A DNA stretch of 31,482 nt, taken from assembly GCA_048938005.1 (NCBI GenBank), contig JBHLMQ010000037.1, positions 1-31,482 on the forward strand, in the 5' to 3' direction. Positions 9,868 to 17,666 of the stretch are shown piece after piece. The notes beneath the pieces are model-generated. The model ran no database searches, was not told the origin of the DNA, and was given only the letters and a program-made list of their open reading frames with translations. This stretch comes from Promethearchaeota archaeon. GTDB lineage: Archaea > Asgardarchaeota > Lokiarchaeia > Sigyniarchaeales > SOKP01. The first letter of the stretch is position 1; each line of letters opens with the position of its first letter. The translations under genes and the position numbers were made by a program.

Positions 9868-10201
9868 ACCAGAGTTTTGGATAATTAGCAAAAAAGATTT
9901 TTGGCTTTATTCGATTCTGGGTCTTATTACATGTTTAGAGAGAATTAAGGAGAAGTGGTATTATAAAGAAATTAGATGAAATCAATGGAATAATATCTTC
10001 TCTCTATTCTCTCTGTTGAAAAGAGGTAAATAGTGATCAAAGTTGTTATTGGAATTTACAATATTATCTATTTAAATCCCATGATTTTTAGTAATTGTTT
10101 TGGATCATATTCGACTGGGTTCCTAGTCGAATTATGAATTCTGTTTAGAGTAAAAATCTAAAAATGATAATATTTAAAAAGAATCTGAAAAAATAATCTT
10201 A

Positions 10202-10780
10202 TTATTCTTCTAATTTTGAAATTAAGGTAAGTTCCGCAATTTTCTGAAAGATTATTGGGACATTTTCCCCTGTTAATGCGGAAGTCTCAAAAAATGGCGC
10301 ATTAATTTTTTCGCTTAAATGTTCAGCCATAGGTAATATAATTTTTCTCTCATCTTTTAAATCTATTTTGTTGCCTATTAAAATACGAGGAATTCCTGAA
10401 AGGCCATATTTAATCGCCGTAGAATACCAATTATTTATGTTACTAAATGAGCTTGAACGCGTGATATCATAGACTAACATCATTCCATCAGCACCGTTAA
10501 AATAAGGTCGATGTAACATATAGAATTGTGGTTGTCCTGCTATATCCCATACCATTAAATTAACTGTGGTTTGCGTACCCATATTATCCTTTATTGTGAC
10601 GGGTTCCTTTGTAATATTTACGCCGACTGTTGGAATGTATTCATATTCGAATTTATCACCACAGAAATTTGTTAAAAGACTAGTTTTGCCAACTGCAGGA
10701 TCCCCGATCACGATAATTTTAAATATCATCTCTGTACGTTCATGAAACACTAATTTTCCTTCTTTTTTATCCTCAGTCAT
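10202..10780 (-). CDS. Rab-like small GTPase
   Basis: G1 GDPAVGKTS, G2 YIPTVG, G3 WDIAGQ, YFNGADG, G4 GNKID, G5 ETSAL; no C-terminal prenylation cysteines. Confidence 0.93.
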   Translation of the reverse strand: MTEDKKEGKLVFHERTEMIFKIIVIGDPAVGKTSLLTNFCGDKFEYEYIPTVGVNITKEPVTIKDNMGTQTTVNLMVWDIAGQPQFYMLHRPYFNGADGMMLVYDITRSSSFSNINNWYSTAIKYGLSGIPRILIGNKIDLKDERKIILPMAEHLSEKINAPFFETSALTGENVPIIFQKIAELTLISKLEE

Positions 10781-10858
10781 GATTTTTCTTAAGTTTCTTT
10801 TTGAAATTTTTAAGTTTTTAATTAAGTAAGTAATGAAATTCCAATATAAAAATTTTCA

Positions 10859-11404
10859 TTATTCTTTTTTAAGTTGAATTCGTTTTTTTTTTTCAAATTT
10901 TGATGTTTTACTTTTTTCCCGAGAAATAAAAAAAATCTCACTTAAACGAAATTTAATTTCTTTCCAGTTAATTTGTAAGCTCTCAATTATCTCTAGAAGG
11001 TTGTTTTTACCTTTAATTTGACCCATACTTAAATGAGGTGTAAAACCATTTTTATATTTATTTACATCGCTACAATCTGGTACTATTTTAAGAATTGTTG
11101 CCTGCAAATTCCTAATTAAATCAATTGGCTCTGGATTTAGCCATAATGTATATCTTTGGCGTCCATGGTTAAAATAATTAAACATTTTCAAATGAATTTG
11201 GAAAGGTTCAAGAGATTTACATCTATCCGAAAATTTTTTCTCAAGTTCTGAATATTGATTTTCAGGTCTAAAAGGATATAATAGAGTTATATGGGGCATC
11301 CATCTATTTATTTGACGATCATGGATTTTACGAATTTCTTGAATTGGTCTCCAAGTTTCTTCAGGTGGTATAATTACAACTGCAGAAGTATATACTTTTA
11401 TCAT
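10859..11404 (-). CDS. 2H phosphoesterase (2'-5' RNA ligase family)
   Basis: Two HxT/S motifs: WMPHITL and FTPHLSM. Confidence 0.88.
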   Translation of the reverse strand: MIKVYTSAVVIIPPEETWRPIQEIRKIHDRQINRWMPHITLLYPFRPENQYSELEKKFSDRCKSLEPFQIHLKMFNYFNHGRQRYTLWLNPEPIDLIRNLQATILKIVPDCSDVNKYKNGFTPHLSMGQIKGKNNLLEIIESLQINWKEIKFRLSEIFFISREKSKTSKFEKKKRIQLKKE

Positions 11405-11472
11405 AATAATTTTTGTTATAATTTCAAATTAAAAGATTTTTATTTTAATAAATTTTAATTCTAATTTGACAA

Positions 11473-11979
11473 ATGAAGATAAAACACAGGCATTTTATAC
11501 GAAAATCCGATTTAAAACCCTTAAAAGATGAAATCTTAAAACAATATGAGCAAAAATTTGTAGATCAAATCTTTCCTAAAAAAAGTAATGTTGAAGTTAT
11601 TCAAACAGAGGCCGGAGACACATTATACGCAATTAATAATGTTTTAAAACTTTATAAATCTAAGGATGGTTATATTCCAGTTTTAACGTTATTACTAAAT
11701 AATCAGGTTAATTTAAAAGCGATAGTTGTTGATTTTGGTGCTATTCGTTATGTAGCTAATGGTGCTGATGTAATGCGGCCGGGTATAACAAAAATAGATC
11801 CTTCAATTAAAAAAGGAGATATCGTAGAAATTAGAGAAGAAACAAAAAATAGAGCTTTAGCTGTGGGAAAAGCGATGTATGATGCTCATGACATGGAATT
11901 AAAAAATTCTGGAAAAGTAGTAAAGAATCTTCATACAATTCAAGATTCTATTTGGGAATTTGAAAAAGAGTTTAAGTAA
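11473..11979 (+). CDS. DUF1947 + PUA domain RNA-binding protein (archaeal MCT-1/Tma20 homologue)
   Basis: VVDFGAIRYVANGADVMRPGI, ALAVGKA, GKVVKNLHTIQDSIW. Confidence 0.9.
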   Translation: MKIKHRHFIRKSDLKPLKDEILKQYEQKFVDQIFPKKSNVEVIQTEAGDTLYAINNVLKLYKSKDGYIPVLTLLLNNQVNLKAIVVDFGAIRYVANGADVMRPGITKIDPSIKKGDIVEIREETKNRALAVGKAMYDAHDMELKNSGKVVKNLHTIQDSIWEFEKEFK

Positions 11980-12292
11980 ATTCCGCTTTCAAAATTGATC
12001 CAAGTAGAGTTTTTTCTGGTTCTGCTAATTCACTAATAGAATCGCTTTCTATTTCATAAGAGTCTAATAATTCTCCACATTCTTTGAATTTGCATAAATT
12101 AACAATTATATTTAAGCCTTCTTGTATAATCTTTTTATCGTCTAACTCATCTGAAACCTGCATTAACTTAATTATTGAATAAAATTTCCATAATTCATTC
12201 TCATGAAAATTGTTATCTAAACCCAGAAAATCTTCAAAGATTTCCGTAAAAAACTCTACTTCTGAGATCAATTTTAGCCTATACCACCTCAA
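11972..12292 (-). CDS. Acidic hypothetical protein (start may be the TTG at about 12271)
   Basis: 106 aa Glu/Asp-rich ORF with a GAGGTGG SD-like element near its start; overlaps the PUA gene end by 8 nt. Confidence 0.65.
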   Translation of the reverse strand: MRWYRLKLISEVEFFTEIFEDFLGLDNNFHENELWKFYSIIKLMQVSDELDDKKIIQEGLNIIVNLCKFKECGELLDSYEIESDSISELAEPEKTLLGSILKAEFT

Positions 12293-12622
12293 CCCTTACG
12301 TGCTGAAAAATACGTATTTCTCCCTTGCAGTTGACAATTAAATATTTATCCATTAATATATTTTAATCCAATCATTTCAAACATTTTCCGTTATGATAAT
12401 ACTAACATCTGAAAATCGGTTTCAAACGTATAAAATAGGTCACTTCATCATACTTTCTTTTCGAAATCATCAATTTTGTAACAATTATTTAACTTCTTTT
12501 TATGTTAACAATTAAAATTATCTGAAATGATAAAATCAATTTAATAAACATAGAATTAAAACTCTAATAATATCTACATATCTATATGTATACTTTAAAT
12601 TGAGTAGTGAGTTTAAAATATT

Positions 12623-13414
12623 ATGAATAATCAAGAATTCATTTTATATGAACAGAAAGGACGTATCGCCACAATTACAATAAATAGACCAGATAAAGCG
12701 AATGCGTGCAATATTTCAATGTTAAAATTGATACATCAATACTTAATCGATGCAGACAAAGACGAGAAAGTTGAATGTATTTTAATTAAAAGCAGTGGTC
12801 AAAGATTTTTCTCGGCAGGGTATGATCTTAAAGAAATACAAGGTGCTCCAGAAAAGGTAGCACAAATAACTGAATGGGGCAGAAAGATCAATGAAACTAT
12901 TGTTCTTATGAAAAAGCTAGTAATTACACAGATCCAAGGTATTGCCATTGGCTTTGGTGTGATGCTAATCTTGGCTTCTGATTTAAGGATTTTTGCTGAT
13001 AGACCTATTGATGAATTGTATATGAGATTACCAGAACTCGCAATTTCTGCTTTTCCTCAGACTGGGGCGACTCTTTTACCCTTATTGGGGCTCGGGTTGA
13101 CCTATGCGAAAAATATGCTTTTTACTACAGATAGATTCGGAGTTGAGGATTTAAAGAACATTAATTTCCCGACGAGGATTTTTACACTTGATCAACTTGA
13201 ATCAGAAACTCTTAATTTTGCTAAACAAATGGTTAAATATCAAAAAGAATTCATCTTCTTTACAAAAAGTATGTTAAGGATAATGAATAAAGCCTATATT
13301 AAATCTTGTTTTAACTTAGAAGATGAGTGCGGTAAAGTTGCTTTTGATCCAAAGAAATTTACTATGAAAGAACTAGACGATTTTATAAAGGAATTAAATT
13401 CAAAATACCCCTAA
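12623..13414 (+). CDS. Enoyl-CoA hydratase/isomerase (crotonase) family protein
   Basis: ITINRPDKANA, FSAGYDL (oxyanion hole), IQGIAIGFG, ASDLRI, LPELAI. The first catalytic Glu (GGGxE) is absent. Confidence 0.9.
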   Translation: MNNQEFILYEQKGRIATITINRPDKANACNISMLKLIHQYLIDADKDEKVECILIKSSGQRFFSAGYDLKEIQGAPEKVAQITEWGRKINETIVLMKKLVITQIQGIAIGFGVMLILASDLRIFADRPIDELYMRLPELAISAFPQTGATLLPLLGLGLTYAKNMLFTTDRFGVEDLKNINFPTRIFTLDQLESETLNFAKQMVKYQKEFIFFTKSMLRIMNKAYIKSCFNLEDECGKVAFDPKKFTMKELDDFIKELNSKYP

Positions 13415-13535
13415 TTACTTTTTTTAAATTTTTAATTTTCCAATTGAAATTTTTTTCACAAAACCCCAAGTAAATTTTTTTTAGTAAATACTTCTGAGCT
13501 TTTTACTTAATGATTTATAAGTCATTTCAGAAAAT

Positions 13536-13698
13536 TAGTTTCTTGTGGAATATAAAGTTAAAGTCTTATAATATATGTGTGATATTGTGTTCCATGCATA
13601 TTACACGATGTTATAATCGACTTGAATTTTATATTACTAGGGACTATATGTCGATGGTCATAACGAGCATATCATTAACCATATCTCGATGACTCATC
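13536..13698 (+). ncRNA. Candidate structured RNA / 5' leader: long irregular hairpin (13536-13646) plus second hairpin (13653-13698)
   Basis: Manual pairing gives about 50 bp with several G-U wobbles on the + strand; TATA-like TTTATAAG at 13514-13521. No known family recognised. Confidence 0.4.
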
Positions 13699-13718
13699 AT
13701 AATTAAAAAAAAGAGGTT

Positions 13719-14030
13719 GTGTGTGGAAGAGTGAGTATGTATCGATCATATTTATTAAAAAATAATTTCTGGGCGAAAAAAGGAAATGAAAAATTTCCTG
13801 ATACAGAAAAAGTCTTTATCAAACACGATTCTGAAGTGGGAGGAATTTACGCCATCCTTCAAAGAGATAAGAAGGGAGTTAAAATTGTGGCTGAAGGTAA
13901 GGAGTATTTTTTTAATAACTTTGATAAGTTAGATTCTTTCTTAACTCGACTTCAGCAGAGAAAAGATGATTTCATGAAAATCCTCAGGAGAAAGAATATT
14001 TCTCAGAAATTACGAATGTTAGATATTTAA
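13719..14030 (+). CDS. Small basic hypothetical protein (true start probably GTG 13731 or ATG 13737)
   Basis: 103 aa Lys-rich ORF; GAGGT at 13713-13717; followed by T-rich terminator-like tracts. Confidence 0.65.
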   Translation: MCGRVSMYRSYLLKNNFWAKKGNEKFPDTEKVFIKHDSEVGGIYAILQRDKKGVKIVAEGKEYFFNNFDKLDSFLTRLQQRKDDFMKILRRKNISQKLRMLDI

Positions 14031-14102
14031 GTTTTTTCATAATCAAATTTCTTTACTTTTCTAAAATTTAGGAAAAGGGGTATTTCTAGTTGTATTAAAG
14101 TT

Positions 14103-15716
14103 TTAATCTTGATATATCGGCATAAGTCCCGTTTGGAAATGCCGCAATCTTAATTCTGCGCCTCGAGAGATTTTAACTTTTGGAATTTTTTCTTTATTCT
14201 GAAAGAGTTGTTTAATAGCAGCTACAGTATAATCTATATGAGACGTACTATACACATTACGAGGTACTGCAAAACGAACCAAATTTAATATCCCCTTTCT
14301 TTGTTCAGGAGTTTTCTTATCCCACTCAAATGCGAAAGGTCCTAATTCACAAGCTCTTATTCCATAATGTCTAAGAAGTTCAATAGTAAATCCAACGCCT
14401 CCAAAATCATCAATCTTCATATTTGTTCCCTCAAAAAACTTATCCATATTTAAGTAAACCGCATGGCCACCTGCGGGAAGGATAACGGGAATACCATTTT
14501 TAGCAAGCTTTCTAGCAAATTCTCTTACTTGTGTTTTTCGTTCATTTAAATAAGATTCCTGCACAATTTCATAAAGCCCTGCTGCGAGTGCCATAATATC
14601 TCGCCCAGACATACCACCATAGGAATCATTTCCGAAAGTCATTAGCTGTTTTTCTTTCAACTTAATTCCAATATCTTCATTAATGGAAAGCTTTTTGTGG
14701 AAAATTCCTTTATCTTTAAAGAAGAACCCTCCACCAATGTTGGCTAGTCCATCTTTTTTAAAACTTACAGTGAAACCATCAGCATATGAGAACATTTCTT
14801 GAACAATACTTGGTATTGTACGATTTTGAAATCCTTCTTCAAATTCTTTTATAAAATTAGCATTTTCAGCAAATCTGCATGCATCAAAAAAAAGGGGAAT
14901 GTCATATCTTTCTGCTATTTTATGAACTTCTTTAACATTTCTCATCGAAACTGGTTGCCCAGCAGCTCTATTATTAGTAATTGTTATATAAATTATTGGA
15001 ATAGAATCTACTCCTTTATCTTGAATCAACTTTTCAAGTTCTTTAACGTCCATATTACCTTTGAATGGATTTCTTACATCCATTTCATCATAAGGAAAAT
15101 CCTCCATTAAGTTTTCTGATAGGAGATTTACAGCATGAATACCATTAGCAACAATATTGGCTTCAGTTGTATCAAAGTGTCCATTATTTGGAATATAATA
15201 TTCAAGATCTGGATTTCTCTGTTTTAAGAGGGGAGCAATAGTTGAGAAGAGCAAATGTTCTGCACAGCGTCCTTGGGGAACTATGAAAGCGTTAGGACGG
15301 GCTAACTGGTGAACTCCACCATTAACAAATCCTCCTTCATAAGATGTAAGGTAGAGATCATCCATTAATTTTTTTACATTTGTTTCTCCTGAAAGGATCA
15401 TATTAATTGATCGTTTTGGATTATCTCCACGTTCAAAAGTATCTCTAACTGCATCTAGAAGAACATAATAACCTTTATTACGAGCATAAGATTCATCTCC
15501 ATGAAAAAGAGCAGCCCATTGAAAATCTGTCATTGTACCAGAACCAGAGTCTGATAAAAAATCCACAAATAATAAATCTGCTGGAAAGGAAAACATGTTG
15601 TATTCAGTTTTCTCAAGTACATATTCACGTTGTTTTTTCGTAACTTTTTTGATTGTCCGAATTACTAACGGTTTATTTGCGGGGATTGGAAAACCTAATT
15701 CATCCTGAGATTTCAA
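14103..15716 (-). CDS. tnaA: Tryptophanase (PLP beta-eliminating lyase)
   Basis: DFLSDSG, GDESYA, QGRCAE, DACRFAENA, SFKKDG (PLP Lys), GGHAVY. HFDTT, GIRACELG and LRHF match tryptophanase rather than tyrosine phenol-lyase (YFTTT, ERG, LRFF). Confidence 0.85.
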   Translation of the reverse strand: MKSQDELGFPIPANKPLVIRTIKKVTKKQREYVLEKTEYNMFSFPADLLFVDFLSDSGSGTMTDFQWAALFHGDESYARNKGYYVLLDAVRDTFERGDNPKRSINMILSGETNVKKLMDDLYLTSYEGGFVNGGVHQLARPNAFIVPQGRCAEHLLFSTIAPLLKQRNPDLEYYIPNNGHFDTTEANIVANGIHAVNLLSENLMEDFPYDEMDVRNPFKGNMDVKELEKLIQDKGVDSIPIIYITITNNRAAGQPVSMRNVKEVHKIAERYDIPLFFDACRFAENANFIKEFEEGFQNRTIPSIVQEMFSYADGFTVSFKKDGLANIGGGFFFKDKGIFHKKLSINEDIGIKLKEKQLMTFGNDSYGGMSGRDIMALAAGLYEIVQESYLNERKTQVREFARKLAKNGIPVILPAGGHAVYLNMDKFFEGTNMKIDDFGGVGFTIELLRHYGIRACELGPFAFEWDKKTPEQRKGILNLVRFAVPRNVYSTSHIDYTVAAIKQLFQNKEKIPKVKISRGAELRLRHFQTGLMPIYQD

Positions 15717-15902
15717 AATCTTCTACCTACAATTTACTATAACAATTATTAAATTGAGTTTTTCAACTATTTTTGAAATTATAATTCTAAATCATTAAAA
15801 AATCATTTGTAAACTAAAACTTAAGAAATTAATAATTGAAAATTTTAATTTTAATCTTAAATTCATTTATTAATAAATTAATTTTCTAAAGAGATAATAA
15901 AA

Positions 15903-17591
15903 ATGCGACTCCCAGATTATATTAAAGACAGAATTTGGAAGGATTATTTACCAGATGGAATTACTCTTGAAATTGACATTCCTGAAGATAAGTCTTTAAT
16001 TGATTTATTTGAAAATGGGGCTAAAGAATATGCCGATAAAGTAGCATATAATTACTTTGGAAGAGAATTCACATATAGAGAAATAGATCAATTAACAAGA
16101 AGATTTGCTTATGCCCTCTTAAAATTAGGGATAAAAAAGGGAGATGTAGTAGCTCTTTGGCTACCAAATTGTCCACAGTTTAGTATTTGTTATTTTGCTA
16201 CATTAGGTCTTGGAGCTACATTAACTGCTATTAGTCCCTTATTTGTGGCAAGAGAGATGATTTATCAAATAAAAGATTCGGGTGCAAAATATCTTATAAT
16301 GATTGATAGATTTTTTCGAGAATTTAAAAAAGCAGAAGATCAATTAACATTGGAAAAAGTGATTTTAGTGAATGTAGAGGGAAAAGTTCCAGATATAACT
16401 GAGACTGACAAATTAATACATTACAACACATTGATGGACCAAAATCCTGAACCCCTAACAGAATTCACAGTCGAGATCAATCCAAAAGAAGATATTGCGA
16501 TTATTCAATATACAGGAGGGACAACAGGCGACCCTAAAGGTGCTGAACTATCTCATTATAATGCTCTATCAAATTTGATGCAAATTGGACAAATCTCGGA
16601 TTATATGAAAGAATATTATATTAAGGGAGATCTCATCGGCCTTTCTATACTCCCTTGGTATCATGTATATGGTCAAATATGTGAGCTTTTACAAGGTCCG
16701 CGTACTGGGGGTAAGGGGATTATTTTTCCAACTTTTGATATCCCCCGGATAATTGAAACTATAAAGAAGAAACAAGCTAATTTCATACTTGGAGTGCCTA
16801 CTATGTTTATTAATATATTAGGATCGCCTTTAAGTAAAGATATTGATTTTTCGTGTCTTAAATATTGTAATGTAGGAGCATCTGCAATGCCAATCGAAGT
16901 TGCAAAGGAATGGGAACAAAAAACTGGATTTCCATTAGGAGAGGGATATGGTTTAAGCGAATCAACTGTCTGTGTTACAAATTCTCCACCATGGGGTAAG
17001 AAAAAGTTGGGGAGCTGTGGTATTCCTATAACTAGCACTTTAATTGGGATTATTAATGAAAATCTAAATTTCTTACCAATAGGGGAGCCTGGAGAATTAG
17101 TTGCTTCAGGTCCTCAAATTATGTTAGGTTATCATAATCGACCTGAAGAGAATAAAAAGGTATTTTTTGAAGCAGGAGGCTATAGATGGCTAAGAACAGG
17201 TGATTATGCAAAAATGGACGAAGAAGGGTATATTTTCTTAATCGATAGAGTCAAAGATATGATAAAATACAAAGGGCATAGTGTATATCCAAGAGAAATC
17301 GAGGAAGTTATGTATGAACATCCTGCGATTCAAGAATGTGCTGTAATCGGTGTTAAAGATCCAGAAAGAGGTGAAAACATAATGGCATATATCATTCTTA
17401 AGAAAGAATTTAAAGGCAAAATCACCGAACAAGAAATAGTAGAGTGGTCAAAGGAAAATATGGCAGCCTATAAATATCCAAGAATTGTAAAATTTGTAAA
17501 TTCTCTTCCAAAGAGCGCGGTAGGAAAAGTTTTAAGACGGGTAATTAGAGATAAAGAAGCCAAAAAAGCAGAAAAAAGAAAAATGAACTAA
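15903..17591 (+). CDS. Long-chain fatty acid--CoA ligase (FadD-like)
   Basis: YTGGTTGDPKG, GEGYGLSES, GPQIMLGY, WLRTGD, DRVKDMI, LPKSAVGK. Confidence 0.93.
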   Translation: MRLPDYIKDRIWKDYLPDGITLEIDIPEDKSLIDLFENGAKEYADKVAYNYFGREFTYREIDQLTRRFAYALLKLGIKKGDVVALWLPNCPQFSICYFATLGLGATLTAISPLFVAREMIYQIKDSGAKYLIMIDRFFREFKKAEDQLTLEKVILVNVEGKVPDITETDKLIHYNTLMDQNPEPLTEFTVEINPKEDIAIIQYTGGTTGDPKGAELSHYNALSNLMQIGQISDYMKEYYIKGDLIGLSILPWYHVYGQICELLQGPRTGGKGIIFPTFDIPRIIETIKKKQANFILGVPTMFINILGSPLSKDIDFSCLKYCNVGASAMPIEVAKEWEQKTGFPLGEGYGLSESTVCVTNSPPWGKKKLGSCGIPITSTLIGIINENLNFLPIGEPGELVASGPQIMLGYHNRPEENKKVFFEAGGYRWLRTGDYAKMDEEGYIFLIDRVKDMIKYKGHSVYPREIEEVMYEHPAIQECAVIGVKDPERGENIMAYIILKKEFKGKITEQEIVEWSKENMAAYKYPRIVKFVNSLPKSAVGKVLRRVIRDKEAKKAEKRKMN

Positions 17592-17666
17592 GATTATTTT
17601 TTTATTACTTTAATTCTTTATTTTCAATAACTATATGGTTTTAATATTTCAGTTAATAGTTAAATT

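Noticed and set aside
12279-12470. Tiny minus-strand ORFs (MISKRKYDEVTYFIRLKPIFRC; MDKYLIVNCKGEIRIFQHVRVEVV) upstream of the 106-aa gene
   Set aside because: Only 22-24 aa, no motif, and no frame continuity suggesting a pseudogene or readthrough.
13510-13692. 60-aa ORF over the long hairpin
   Set aside because: No SD site, atypical composition, and it starts upstream of the TATA-like element; better explained as structured non-coding sequence.
13653-13698. Possible eukaryote-like SECIS element
   Set aside because: No clear UGA/GA quartet with an apical AA, and no neighbouring gene with an in-frame UGA.
15717-15902. TnaC-like leader peptide upstream of tryptophanase
   Set aside because: AT-rich divergent promoter region with no Trp-containing leader ORF seen.
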